Made by a program: the position numbers and the translations under genes. The notes under the pieces were generated by a model. That model had not been told where the DNA came from and did no database searches. It saw nothing but the letters and a program-made list of their open reading frames with translations. Shown in pieces: positions 19,086 through 29,138 of a stretch of 40,976 nt of DNA; position 1 is the stretch's first letter, and each line of letters begins with the position of its first letter. Origin of the DNA: Candidatus Omnitrophota bacterium (GTDB taxonomy: Bacteria > Omnitrophota > Gorgyraeia > Zapsychrales > Zapsychraceae); NCBI GenBank assembly GCA_028280285.1, contig JANQMA010000030.1:1-40976 (forward strand), written 5' to 3'.

Positions 19086-20540
19086 ATGCTTAAAAAGAGC
19101 AAGGATTTTGTCGGGCTTACTTTAACTGATGATTATCTCAAAGTGGCCCATATTAAGGGTACAAAAAGTGTTCCTAAAGTTGCTAATATCGGCCTTCATG
19201 ATATAAAAGGCTTACCTCAACAAGGCTTGATTAGCGCGGTTAAAAAAGCCCTTAAAGGGGTTAATGTCAAGAAAGCCAATCTTTTATTAGTGGTTCCACC
19301 AAGTGGTGTCTCCACTAAGAATATTGAAATCCCATCCACTAATTCTGAAGAAATCCGTTCGATTGTGAATTTGCAAGCCGGGCGCCACACACCTTTTTCA
19401 AGAGAAGAGATCCAGGTTGGATACGTCAACATGGGTGTTTCTCAGGGTAATTTCACAAAAGTGTTGCTCGTGATTGCGGATAAGAAAGTCGTTAAGGAAA
19501 AATTGGCGATTTTTGAAAAAGCGGGTGTGAAAATTACAGATGTGTGTTTTGCCTCAGAAGGTGTGGCCAAGCTTTATGGGGGGGATGCAGGTGTTTCTGG
19601 CGTGATCGATATTGATGCCTCGTCCACAGAATTTGTGATCGTTAAAAATGGCATAACGATCTCCAGCCGTAATATCCCAATTGGCCGGAGTCAGCTCGAA
19701 AGCGAAGGGGCCTCAGCCCAGGAAAAACTGGTGGCTGAATTAACCAAGACCATTGAGTCTTATCAGAGTGAAGATATTGATGCCGCCCCACAGGCTTATT
19801 ATATTGCTGGTGATGATCAGCAAGCGCAGGCCTTACAACAAGCCCTTTCCCAAGCGGCTGGTTGGACGGTGAATGTTTCCTCTTATGCCGATCGGGTTAA
19901 ATTGTCTGGCGGTAACCTTAAAAAAATTGCCACGACTTATGCGGCGGCATCCTTTTTAGATGTTATAGCGACGGCGTCTAATGCCTCTTTTAATGAGGTC
20001 AGCTTAATGCCGGAAGAGGTGATTTATCAAGCGAGCATGGCTAATCAAGGACGGGAAGTGTTGAAGGCAGCTATGCTGAGTTTTATATTGCTTGTGCTTA
20101 TCGCAGGGACCTATGGGGCTAAGATTTATTTTAAGGGTTCTTTCTTAAGCCAGATCAAAAAAGATTATAGTGAAAGCAAAGCAGAAGTGATGATGCTCGA
20201 AGAAAAATCAGCACGGACGCGTATATTGCGTGATTTTTTTGAAACACGTATGGCTACACTTGATACGCTGAGTGAATTATACGACAGTATTCCCGAGGAA
20301 GTCTATTTAACAAATATTAAACTGGAAGAAACCGGTGATGTCAGTATTCAGGGAATTTCCGATGTTGCTTCCATTGTATTTAATTTGGGGACATCCTTGA
20401 AAGAATCTGATTTATTCAAAAATGTTGAAATTAAATCAACATCGGCACGCAAGGACCGAGGCAAAGATGTATCTGCGTTTGAGATTACTCTTAAGCTCAA
20501 ATCGGCATTAACCGCCTCAGCCCAGGACGAGGAGGAATAG
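19086..20540 (+). CDS. GspL-like or fused PilM-PilN-like assembly protein: cytoplasmic actin-like domain, a single TM, and a periplasmic domain.
   Basis: 484 aa. The N-terminal ~320 aa are soluble, followed by a TM 'AMLSFILLVLIAGTYGAKIYF' and a periplasmic C-terminus. It occupies the canonical L position. Confidence 0.5.
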   Translation: MLKKSKDFVGLTLTDDYLKVAHIKGTKSVPKVANIGLHDIKGLPQQGLISAVKKALKGVNVKKANLLLVVPPSGVSTKNIEIPSTNSEEIRSIVNLQAGRHTPFSREEIQVGYVNMGVSQGNFTKVLLVIADKKVVKEKLAIFEKAGVKITDVCFASEGVAKLYGGDAGVSGVIDIDASSTEFVIVKNGITISSRNIPIGRSQLESEGASAQEKLVAELTKTIESYQSEDIDAAPQAYYIAGDDQQAQALQQALSQAAGWTVNVSSYADRVKLSGGNLKKIATTYAAASFLDVIATASNASFNEVSLMPEEVIYQASMANQGREVLKAAMLSFILLVLIAGTYGAKIYFKGSFLSQIKKDYSESKAEVMMLEEKSARTRILRDFFETRMATLDTLSELYDSIPEEVYLTNIKLEETGDVSIQGISDVASIVFNLGTSLKESDLFKNVEIKSTSARKDRGKDVSAFEITLKLKSALTASAQDEEE

Positions 20541-20542
20541 AG

Positions 20543-21097
20543 TTGGCACTTAAATTTTTAGAAAAATTTTCTGATAAAGAAAGAAAGATATTTTATATTA
20601 CCTTAGCCTTTGTCCTGCTGGCCATGTTTGACCGGTTGGTTTTGGGCCCCTTTAGTGCCAAAACCGCTGAGCTGGACGGCCAAATTGAAGAGCAGAAAAT
20701 AAGCGTTATGCAAGATATGCAGGTATTAGCGTACAAAGGTAAAATTAATGCGGAAAGCGCGCAATTTGATGATTATCTTAGTGATGAGGTTCAAGATGAT
20801 AATATCGTTAACGCTGATTTTTTGAGTATGATTGAGCGTATTGCCGATTATTCGGAAGTCACTTTAATCAAAAGTAATCCCACCAAAACAAATAAGACAG
20901 ACCGTTTTACTGAATATTACGCCAGTGTTGATTGCAGTGGTTCATTTGAAAAGGTTGTTACCTTTATGCATAATATCAATTCAGCGGATGAACTGCTTAA
21001 GATCGTACAGTTTAATATAGTGCCCAAGCGTGGCACGTCCGATAATGTGAATATCTCTTTGACAGTCGTCAAATTGCTGATGACGCCCAACGCTTAA
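20543..21097 (+). CDS. GspM/PilO-like bitopic protein. TTG start.
   Basis: 184 aa. N-terminal TM 'IFYITLAFVLLAMF', then a coiled coil and a periplasmic domain. RBS 'ggaggaa' upstream. Follows the L-like gene at a 2-nt gap. Confidence 0.4.
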   Translation: MALKFLEKFSDKERKIFYITLAFVLLAMFDRLVLGPFSAKTAELDGQIEEQKISVMQDMQVLAYKGKINAESAQFDDYLSDEVQDDNIVNADFLSMIERIADYSEVTLIKSNPTKTNKTDRFTEYYASVDCSGSFEKVVTFMHNINSADELLKIVQFNIVPKRGTSDNVNISLTVVKLLMTPNA

Positions 21098-21106
21098 AAC
21101 TTTCTG

Positions 21107-22018
21107 TTGCATTCTTCAAGCCTCATGAAAATACGGTTAACCCTCATTATTTCTTTTTTTTTCCTCATTGGTGTTGTATTTCCTGAAGCCGTATCGGCTA
21201 ATCCTGTTAAAAAACTTTTTGAAGAGGGTATGGCCTATTATGCCCAGGAGAAATACGATGCTTCTATCAAAAAGTTTGAAAAGCTACTTGAGATATATCC
21301 TGAATTTGCTCCGGCCTATCATTATTTAGGCCTTGCCCATAAAAATAAAGGCACGGTGGAAGATGAGGTGCTTTATCTGTTTAATATGGCGATTAAAATC
21401 GACCCTAACTACGCGGAGTCACATGAACAGTTAAGTAAGGCTTATTATGAGCTGGCGGAATTTGACAAGGCGATAGAACACGGCGAGAAAGCTGTTAAAC
21501 TGAAACCGGATTTTTTAACAGCCCGCCTGGCGCTTGCCTGGATATATCTTTTAGGGAAGCAAGAGCAGGATCCGGCGATCACACATTTCAGCTATGTCGT
21601 TAAGCGTTATGATATTCCTTATGCCGTTTTTGGCCTTGGATTGGCGTACTTTATGAATGATGAGCGGGCGCAGGTGATGGACATTATTACGCAACTTAAA
21701 GGTAAGTCAGAAGATAAGCTTGCCGCCAATCTTGAAAATATGCTGCGGCAGGGTTATTTTGATCCTGATAATAATAATTTCATCACGCCGCTTGTTGCCC
21801 CGAAAAAGAGAGATCCAAGTGTCTCTGTTAAGGACATTCAAAACATGTCAGGTGCTGAGTTGCGTGTCCGTTTAAGAGGAACCCCCCAGGAAGAGGCCCC
21901 GCGGCGCAGAAGTTCGGATACCGCCCAAAACCAGTTTAATCCTCCCCAACAACAGCCGTTAACAGGCGAACAGCGTTTAAGGCAATTGCAAAATAATAGC
22001 TCTAACTATCCTTACTGA
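21107..22018 (+). CDS. Secreted tetratricopeptide-repeat (TPR) protein with a Gln/Pro/Arg-rich C-terminal tail.
   Basis: Signal peptide 'MKIRLTLIISFFFLIGVVFPEAVSA'. TPR-like helices ('AYYAQEKYDASIKKFEKLLEIYPEFAPAYHYLGLAH', 'AIKIDPNYAESHEQLSKAYYELAEFDKAIEHGEKAVKLKPDF'). Last gene of the co-oriented block. Confidence 0.6.
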   Translation: MHSSSLMKIRLTLIISFFFLIGVVFPEAVSANPVKKLFEEGMAYYAQEKYDASIKKFEKLLEIYPEFAPAYHYLGLAHKNKGTVEDEVLYLFNMAIKIDPNYAESHEQLSKAYYELAEFDKAIEHGEKAVKLKPDFLTARLALAWIYLLGKQEQDPAITHFSYVVKRYDIPYAVFGLGLAYFMNDERAQVMDIITQLKGKSEDKLAANLENMLRQGYFDPDNNNFITPLVAPKKRDPSVSVKDIQNMSGAELRVRLRGTPQEEAPRRRSSDTAQNQFNPPQQQPLTGEQRLRQLQNNSSNYPY

Positions 22019-24587
22019 TGGCTTTTAGGCGTTTAAGAAAATCAGTGTAATACTGATCCCAATCGACTTTAAAAATCATTATTTCAGTCCGTTTTGTCAG
22101 ATCTGATTTTGCATAAACAGGTTTGATATAGTTGAGCCCTTCTGCATTGAAAAAGTAAAGTTTTATAAGAAGGGAGTTGGCAAGGCTGCGGTCCATGAGG
22201 ACGACAGACGGTTGCTGTGAGGTTTGATTGAGGACAATAGAATAAGAAAGATTGGCCCCGACGAGCTTCTTCTCGATCACCTTTCCCTTTTTTGAATAAA
22301 ATATGCTTTGCGGTATGCCCTTGCCATACTTGTCTGATGAAATCAGACAGGACATCGTCTCGGTATTGATAACGATATTTTCCTGAAAAATGAGTTTATC
22401 CTTGTCTTTGTGCATTAAGGCCAAAGTCCCGCTGTATTTTGTTTGCCCACCGGATAATTCCCAAAGAAAATCAATATACTCAGGAGAATTACGATCAGGA
22501 ACTTTTTTGATCAACTCAGGATTGGCATTAATTTCTTCTATGCGTTTGAAATTCCAACGTCCGACAAATCCCAGTTGAAGATTGTTATCGACGAATTCTT
22601 TATATAACAGCAAATAGCTTGGCGGGGGGCGTTTATGGGTGAGGGTGATAATATTATTAATATGTTTTTTATCTTTAAGAACATTGCCGAGTAAAAAACG
22701 CGCCTTTAGTTCATCGACACTTATTATTTGTTTGATGACCATAACCGCTGTTGATAGCGGCACATCCAAATCATTTTGAAGATACTCAATCGCTTTATTG
22801 CCGCTATTGTTAAGCATGCGTATATAGCCGAGAGCTTCATCTTCGGTTTGGCTTAAAAACATATTAGAAATCCAATAGGCTTGTGGGTAGTTGATGGACG
22901 CTCCGTCGAAGGTAACGCGTCTTTGAGCGATCGCCTTGATGAAGTGCCCCGGGGGCCACCAGGTATTGATAATACTATTTTCGGGCGTATTGTCGCGCAG
23001 ATAGATGAGGGCTTCTTCCCAGGTTTTGTTAAAAATCGGGTTGAGGTAGGTGGCAATGTTCTTATTGATATGATAAGTAGGGACAAAAGTTAAAGAGAGT
23101 ATGGCGATTAAAATAAAAGCCTTAAGTGTTTTTTGAAAGGATTGATTTGCATGTTGTCTATTTATTATTGTTGTGTAAATAGTGTTTAACCCGATCATAA
23201 AAAATATGGCGATGGGCGCAAGCATTAACAAAGCAAAACGTTGGGCCCCAAGCGTGATTAAAACAGAGGCGGCAAGCCCGGTAGTGATGACAATCATTTT
23301 ATGGGCATGACTGTTGTCTTTGGTGTGGTTGCCTGAAAATACCGTTTGATACAAGCCTGCGGCAACCCCCAAGGCTGCTATAGTAGAGAATAGAGTCCCT
23401 CCGGTTAATTTAATCATTTCACTCACTGTTGAACGGCTTAACTCCCCGACGCTGATATAAAGATCCGGCCAATTGCTGAGTTGAGGGGTGAGAAAGTTTT
23501 GAAGGGCAATCCAGCCTTCTTTAAAAAGAATAAAGAACTGGCCAAAGCCGAAAATAATCCCAATAGAAAGAAAGGCGCCGGTGGTAAATACGATAAGCCC
23601 CAATGCAAACATCTTGCCTGCCGCAGTATTTTTTAAGATAAAGAAATTGTAAAGGGTGGTAAGAATTAAAGAGGTAAAAACAATAATAAAAAAGAGCATC
23701 CACCCGTGCCAAAATAAACTATAGATAAAAACACTTAAAAATAAAGCACAGGTAAAGCCGATAAGTTTGCGATAATTATTCTTTTTATCAGCCGCATGTT
23801 TGATGATGAGGTCGATCAAACAAAATAACAGCCAGAAAATAAGCAGAGGAAATAATGTATTATAAGGGTCATTGTCATACCACCCGAAGGTGCTGCGCCT
23901 AATAAACACAGGAGCCAGGCTAAAAAATATAGCGCCGGTTAGAGCAATAAGAGGATGGAAGTTTAGATTACGGCAAATCGCTATAAAAATGAGCAAGGCC
24001 AGACATGTGATAACAATGGGGGTAAAACTAACGGCATACATTAAAGCGATATCTTTATCAAAAAGTTGAGCCAATTTGTAAATAAAGACACCGATAAAGG
24101 GGTGGAAATTGAGTGGCTCCCAATGCCCCTCAGGAGCGAGCATAAATTCATTAAGGTATTTGCTCCCCTTTATTTTTGGGCTGATTTTGCCGGTTTCAAG
24201 TATATTTTCTGTCAAATGAAAGTAGTAGAACGAATCAGAGGCCAGAAGATACGGTGTTTTTTGTTGAGGGGGAGAGCTTTGGCTCAGTGATTCAGAAATA
24301 TTATCGATTTTCTGACGGACATTATCCCGGTCTGTGCGCAGAAGTTTATCGAAGTAAACCTTAGCCAGCTTGGCTTTTTTTTCCGTGTTGGCGTTCGGAT
24401 GACTTTTTTCTATCTGTTGGGCAGCTACTATCTTTAATTGAGAAAGGACATAGACTGTTGCTTTTTCCCGGGCATCATCTGTCCTGAATTCCCGTAAAGG
24501 ATATAGACGAAAATAACAGGCTACAATACAAACAAGTATCCATGCGAGGGTGTATGTACTCCAATGATATTGCTTCTTTGATAACAT
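22002..24587 (-). CDS. Large polytopic GT-C-fold glycosyltransferase, oligosaccharyltransferase STT3/AglB/PglB-like (861 aa).
   Basis: One N-terminal TM and an external loop with 'FRTDDARE'. Then ~12 further TM helices across ~aa 170-520, followed by 'INTWWPPGHF' (cf. the WWDYG motif of STT3/AglB) and a ~300-aa soluble C-terminal domain. Confidence 0.4.
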   Translation of the reverse strand: MLSKKQYHWSTYTLAWILVCIVACYFRLYPLREFRTDDAREKATVYVLSQLKIVAAQQIEKSHPNANTEKKAKLAKVYFDKLLRTDRDNVRQKIDNISESLSQSSPPQQKTPYLLASDSFYYFHLTENILETGKISPKIKGSKYLNEFMLAPEGHWEPLNFHPFIGVFIYKLAQLFDKDIALMYAVSFTPIVITCLALLIFIAICRNLNFHPLIALTGAIFFSLAPVFIRRSTFGWYDNDPYNTLFPLLIFWLLFCLIDLIIKHAADKKNNYRKLIGFTCALFLSVFIYSLFWHGWMLFFIIVFTSLILTTLYNFFILKNTAAGKMFALGLIVFTTGAFLSIGIIFGFGQFFILFKEGWIALQNFLTPQLSNWPDLYISVGELSRSTVSEMIKLTGGTLFSTIAALGVAAGLYQTVFSGNHTKDNSHAHKMIVITTGLAASVLITLGAQRFALLMLAPIAIFFMIGLNTIYTTIINRQHANQSFQKTLKAFILIAILSLTFVPTYHINKNIATYLNPIFNKTWEEALIYLRDNTPENSIINTWWPPGHFIKAIAQRRVTFDGASINYPQAYWISNMFLSQTEDEALGYIRMLNNSGNKAIEYLQNDLDVPLSTAVMVIKQIISVDELKARFLLGNVLKDKKHINNIITLTHKRPPPSYLLLYKEFVDNNLQLGFVGRWNFKRIEEINANPELIKKVPDRNSPEYIDFLWELSGGQTKYSGTLALMHKDKDKLIFQENIVINTETMSCLISSDKYGKGIPQSIFYSKKGKVIEKKLVGANLSYSIVLNQTSQQPSVVLMDRSLANSLLIKLYFFNAEGLNYIKPVYAKSDLTKRTEIMIFKVDWDQYYTDFLKRLKAISKDS

Positions 24588-24606
24588 GTATTAGTGCGAA
24601 TTGGTT

Positions 24607-25305
24607 TTACCGATTATACAACTCATTTTCATATTTGCGGTAAATATTTCTAATTTTGTTTGAGGGAATGGCAAATACGCTTTTATGTTTGTTTTTAAGT
24701 TGGGCATTAATAAGCCCGATCAATTCCCCGTTTTCATTAATGAGAGGACCACCGCTATCACCTTCATAAAGGCTGAGATTGGTTTGTAGGATTTCAATAT
24801 CTTGTGCCCCCTTGTGGGTACGGCCTATGCCGGTTATTTTTCCCTCGGAGATTGTGTTTTTAATAAAATGAGAATTACCTATGTGAACGATACGGTCATT
24901 GAGCCGGACTTTATTGGAGTCGGCCATGGTTATTGTTTCAAGTGGTTCGTTGCTATCGATCTGAATTAAAGCAAGATCGGCACCGGGTAAAATGGTGATT
25001 AACTTGGCGTTATGCTTGCTGCCGTTGGATAATGTGACTCTGATATAAGTTTTGTATTGAAGGACATGAAGATTGGTTATGATCAGCCCGTTTCCATTCA
25101 AGATGGCCCCAGCTCCGTTTTGATGGGTCCTTCTTATTTGGTTGCCTATGATTTCTTGATCAAATGCTGTGACTTGGACAATGGCCTTTTTTTTATGCAA
25201 AATTGTTTCAATAAAGGATGATTGGGCCTGTGAAATACGGCAAGGAAGGGTCAATACACAAGCTCCTAATAGTAAAATAAATATAAAACGGATATCTCTG
25301 GGCAT
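24607..25305 (-). CDS. Secreted trypsin-like (S1/HtrA-type, no PDZ domain) serine protease.
   Basis: 'GDSGGPLINENGELIGL' serine motif, 'ITNLHVL' His region, and 'GADLALI'. The start was chosen at internal Met 'MPRDIRFIFILLLGACVLTLPCRISQAQS' (signal peptide) rather than the longer track ORF. Confidence 0.7.
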   Translation of the reverse strand: MPRDIRFIFILLLGACVLTLPCRISQAQSSFIETILHKKKAIVQVTAFDQEIIGNQIRRTHQNGAGAILNGNGLIITNLHVLQYKTYIRVTLSNGSKHNAKLITILPGADLALIQIDSNEPLETITMADSNKVRLNDRIVHIGNSHFIKNTISEGKITGIGRTHKGAQDIEILQTNLSLYEGDSGGPLINENGELIGLINAQLKNKHKSVFAIPSNKIRNIYRKYENELYNR

Positions 25306-25443
25306 GGCCCCTATTTTATCACAATAATAACCCATTGATAGAGAGAATGTTACAATTTGAATGCTAAAATGACCAAAAATCAGCCCAATCGGGAGGTGGA
25401 GAAAGGTCATTGCGCTGTTTTGTGGCCGTTGTATAATAAAACT

Positions 25444-25857
25444 ATGAATTTCTATAACAGAATTCATTCCAAATGGCGCTGGAGTCATTTTCTCAATAAG
25501 ATTCTTATTGTTGATGCTAATGAATTTGACTGTGTAGAGATGTCATGTGTGCTAAACCAAAACGGCTACACCCACATTTCAGTTGCAACTAATCCCAAAG
25601 AAGCATTATCCATAGCGAAAGAACAAAATCCAGATTTGATTTTGATCAATGTTGATCTTGAAGCTATTGATGGTTTTGAACTGACCAAACAGATCCTTTC
25701 TCTTGAAAACAATCATTCTAAAGTCGTTCATATTGCCAATGATGTCCGCCACATTAATTTAGCGAAATCTAAGTCTTCTGGAGCGATTGATCTTCTTGTC
25801 AAAACCAGAAATTTTGACTATCTTTCGCGCACCGTTCACGATCTCATCGAAAGCTAA
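25444..25857 (+). CDS. Stand-alone CheY-like receiver (REC) domain with Asn at the phospho-acceptor position (pseudo-receiver). Start uncertain; the track ORF starts at 25357.
   Basis: 'KILIVDANEFD' (beta1 acidic pocket). 'DLILINVDLEAIDGFEL', where canonical 'DLILLD' has Asp. 'GAIDLLVKT' (conserved Lys). Confidence 0.5.
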   Translation: MNFYNRIHSKWRWSHFLNKILIVDANEFDCVEMSCVLNQNGYTHISVATNPKEALSIAKEQNPDLILINVDLEAIDGFELTKQILSLENNHSKVVHIANDVRHINLAKSKSSGAIDLLVKTRNFDYLSRTVHDLIES

Positions 25858-25924
25858 GCTTATTTATACTTGTCTAAAAGACTCTTTAGGGGTAGAATGT
25901 TGTCCTTGTAGCCAAGGATAATTT

Positions 25925-28633
25925 ATGTCTAAAGAGTCTCAATTTTATCATTATTTAGAAGACGGTGTGTCTTTTGTATCAAAGCAGGCTTCCTCTTATC
26001 GTAGGGTTTATATGCCTTTGTGCGGTTCGGATGCCACCTCGCTTAAATCATCGATTACGCCGTTTCTTTCCGGTGACAGCAAGATCGATAAGTTTTCTTA
26101 CCTGACCAAACCGATGTCAACTGAGGATTTACGTTCTAACTGCCGCGATTTTTTTGTTCAGATCAATGGTAAGACGATTGTTTCTGCGGCCCAACAGACT
26201 CAAGATAGCACAGTCACAGCCGGACAATTGTGGCATAAAGTTACTAAAAATTTTCCTGATGCCGGTTTAGAGCTGCAAACACTTAATTTTATTCCTATTC
26301 AAGCGGCGAATATGGAATTAATGAAGGTAACACTGCACAATACATCTGATCAGGAAATTGCTTTAACGCCGACAAGTAGCATCCCACTTTTCGCGCGTTC
26401 GCTGGCCAATAAACATGATCATGAGCATGTGACATCCCTTTTGCATCGCACGCAACAATTGGACTGTGGCATTATTGTGCATCCGCCCATGGCCTTTAAT
26501 GAAGAAGGACACACGACCAATGAGCGGCGCTATTTTGTCTTTGGAGTGGACGACTCTGGCAATAACCCAACGGGAAGCTTTCCCACCTTTGATAGTTTCT
26601 TTGGTGAAGGAGGCACGATTGAACGGCCGCAGGCTATCTATGCGCAGCATAGCCCACAAATATTAGATGATAAACAACTTCAAGGGAAAGAAACGGTAGG
26701 GGCATTGCGTTTTGATGATGTCACGCTCAAGGCAGGTGAGGAAACATCATTTATCATGGCGATGGGTATTTCATCCAGTGAAGATGAAGCGCACAAGGTG
26801 TTTGATCAGTTTAAATCGGTTGAGCATTTTGATGCGGCCCTTGAGGAGACAAAATTATTCTGGAAGGATAAAATTTCATCTATTACCCTTGAATCCGGCG
26901 ATCAGGATTTTAATGCGTGGATGAAATGGGTTACGCTGCAACCTGTGTTGCGGCGCATCTTTGGTTGTTCCTTTTTACCTGATCATGATTACGGTAAGGG
27001 CGGTAAAGGCTGGCGTGACATTTGGCAGGATTTGCTTGCCTTGATCCTTATCGAGCCGAAAGAGGTACGAGATACACTGATTAATAATTATGCCGGTGTA
27101 CGTATTGATGGATCAAATGCAACAATTATTGGGGCTCAACCAGGAGAATTTATTGCCGATCGTAATGCTATTACGCGCGTGTGGATGGATCACGGGGCCT
27201 GGCCATATCTGACCACATTGCTTTACATTAATCAAACCGGTGATTTTGATATTCTCTTTGAGAACAATACATATTTTCGGGATGCGCAAATTTTTCGTTC
27301 GTTTAAACGTGATGAAGGTTGGAGCTCCGATGACAGGCAACAGTTAAAAGATAAAGATGGAAATGTCTATCATGGAACAGTCATTGAACATATTTTACTT
27401 CAAAACCTGGTGCAGTTTTTCAATGTGGGTGAACATAATATTATCCGTCTGGAAAGTGCAGACTGGAATGACGGGCTTGATATGGCTTTTGATCGGGGTG
27501 AAAGCGTTGCTTTTGCCTCTTTTTATGCAGGTAATCTTATTTCACTCGCTGAGCTTCTTGAAGCCGTACAAAAAGTAAAAGGTGTTCAACACATCACGGT
27601 TTTAAAAGAAATGCTGATTCTTTTAAATACTATTTCCGGGGCAGAAATAGACTTTAACGATTGGCAGGCTAAAAAGAACATTTTGTTTGATAAGTATTTT
27701 CCGGCTGTTGCAGCGGAAATTTGTGGCGAAACAGTTGAAGTTTCGATCGAGGCTTTATCTAAAGATTTACGACAAAAGGGGCAGTGGTTATTTGATCATA
27801 TCAGACAACAGGAAAAAATCGAAGTCGATGGGAATATTTGGTTTAACGGGTATTATGATAACAAGGGAGAAAGGGTTGAGGGGTTAAAGGGTCAGAGGGT
27901 ATGGATGACTCTCACCGGCCAGGTGTTTGCGATTATGAGTGGGCTGGCGACCGATGATGAGATTAAACAGGTTGTCAAAAGTGTTAATACTTACTTAAAA
28001 GATCCGGTTCTGCGCGGCTATCGTCTGAATTCTGATTTCGGATTGGACCATTACCTGGATTTGGGGCGCGCATTTGGTTTTGCGTTTGGCACAAAAGAAA
28101 ACGGGGCCTTTTTCAGTCACATGATTGTTATGTATGCCTATGCTCTTTACGCACGGGGGTTTGTGAGAGAAGGGTATGAGGTGCTTGATTCGATTTATAC
28201 GATGAGTACTGACGGGGCAAAGGCACAAATTTATCCTGGTGTCCCTGAATATTTTGATGCGAGTGGACGGGGGATGTATCACTATTTAACGGGTTCAGCC
28301 AGTTGGTTTGTGTTAACCGAACTTGTTCAGGTATTTGGTATTAAAGGCATCAATGGTAATTTGGTGATTGAACCTAAATTGGTTAAGGAGCAGTTTTCAC
28401 CCGATGGTGATGCACGTGTTTCCTGTCAGTTTGCTTCGCAAAGTATCATTGTGCGTTTTCAAAATTCACAATTATGTGATTATGGTCAATACTGTATTGA
28501 TTCGATTACATGTAACGGTGCGGCAGTAGAGTATACGGTATCTGACGACAGGAAATCAGCTTGCATTGCGCGTGACTATGTGGCCGGGTTATCTACTCCA
28601 GTTGAGTTTATTGTTAATTTGTCCGCACATTAG
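25925..28633 (+). CDS. GH94-like (alpha/alpha)6-barrel glycoside phosphorylase/hydrolase (902 aa).
   Basis: Its size matches cellobiose/chitobiose phosphorylase-type enzymes. 'ESADWNDGLDMAF' is reminiscent of the GH94 catalytic DWND region. 'GTKENGAFFSHM' and 'GGKGWRDIWQD' fit my recollection of that clan. Assignment from memory only. Confidence 0.4.
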   Translation: MSKESQFYHYLEDGVSFVSKQASSYRRVYMPLCGSDATSLKSSITPFLSGDSKIDKFSYLTKPMSTEDLRSNCRDFFVQINGKTIVSAAQQTQDSTVTAGQLWHKVTKNFPDAGLELQTLNFIPIQAANMELMKVTLHNTSDQEIALTPTSSIPLFARSLANKHDHEHVTSLLHRTQQLDCGIIVHPPMAFNEEGHTTNERRYFVFGVDDSGNNPTGSFPTFDSFFGEGGTIERPQAIYAQHSPQILDDKQLQGKETVGALRFDDVTLKAGEETSFIMAMGISSSEDEAHKVFDQFKSVEHFDAALEETKLFWKDKISSITLESGDQDFNAWMKWVTLQPVLRRIFGCSFLPDHDYGKGGKGWRDIWQDLLALILIEPKEVRDTLINNYAGVRIDGSNATIIGAQPGEFIADRNAITRVWMDHGAWPYLTTLLYINQTGDFDILFENNTYFRDAQIFRSFKRDEGWSSDDRQQLKDKDGNVYHGTVIEHILLQNLVQFFNVGEHNIIRLESADWNDGLDMAFDRGESVAFASFYAGNLISLAELLEAVQKVKGVQHITVLKEMLILLNTISGAEIDFNDWQAKKNILFDKYFPAVAAEICGETVEVSIEALSKDLRQKGQWLFDHIRQQEKIEVDGNIWFNGYYDNKGERVEGLKGQRVWMTLTGQVFAIMSGLATDDEIKQVVKSVNTYLKDPVLRGYRLNSDFGLDHYLDLGRAFGFAFGTKENGAFFSHMIVMYAYALYARGFVREGYEVLDSIYTMSTDGAKAQIYPGVPEYFDASGRGMYHYLTGSASWFVLTELVQVFGIKGINGNLVIEPKLVKEQFSPDGDARVSCQFASQSIIVRFQNSQLCDYGQYCIDSITCNGAAVEYTVSDDRKSACIARDYVAGLSTPVEFIVNLSAH

Positions 28634-28638
28634 GGGAA

Positions 28639-29043
28639 ATGTCCATGTCATATTCAGAAAATAAAAAAGGATTTTCGCTAATTGAAATTATTGTTGTTTT
28701 GATTATAGTCGGTCTTTTAGCCGGTTTGATTTATCCGAAATATACGATCACCATTGAACGAACCCGTTTTGGTGAGGGAGTAGAACTGTTAAGTGCTTTA
28801 CGCAGAGCACAAGAGGCGCACTCTCTTGAAAACGGGACATACACCACAACAATGGCCGACCTTGATATTGAAATCACCAATGCTTCTTACTTCAATGACC
28901 CGACTTTGGCCGGCACCGCGGCCGCGCCCACCATGCATATTCAACGCAGCACAGGGGCCTACACTATCAACATGTCTATTGCCGGTGTGATTACATGCAC
29001 TAACGCAGCAACGCCGCCTTCTTGTGCTAATTTAGGGTATTAA
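28639..29043 (+). CDS. Type IV pilin-like protein with a prepilin leader and a C-terminal disulfide loop.
   Basis: 'MSMSYSENKKGFSLIEIIVVLIIVGLLAGLI' has a canonical G/F cleavage site, E+5 and a hydrophobic alpha1 helix. The C-terminal 'CTNAATPPSC' Cys pair is typical of the pilin D-region. Confidence 0.7.
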   Translation: MSMSYSENKKGFSLIEIIVVLIIVGLLAGLIYPKYTITIERTRFGEGVELLSALRRAQEAHSLENGTYTTTMADLDIEITNASYFNDPTLAGTAAAPTMHIQRSTGAYTINMSIAGVITCTNAATPPSCANLGY

Positions 29044-29138
29044 ATTCTTAAAATTCCCTAAATTGCTTGTTTCCTTATGGTTTCTAATATAGGATACTAT
29101 AATATTAATATATAATAACTCTATTAAAGTTATTTTTT

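Noticed and set aside
22002-22018. The 17-nt overlap between the TPR gene and the GT-C gene, as a possible mis-call.
   Set aside because: Convergent 3'-end overlaps of this size are common. Both ORFs are long and feature-rich, so both are kept.
25306-25488. The track's N-terminal extension of the protease ORF (to 25488) and the upstream extension of the REC ORF (from 25357).
   Set aside because: Both extensions run into the divergent intergenic region and overlap each other. Internal Met starts give a signal peptide (protease) and a proper beta1 strand (REC).
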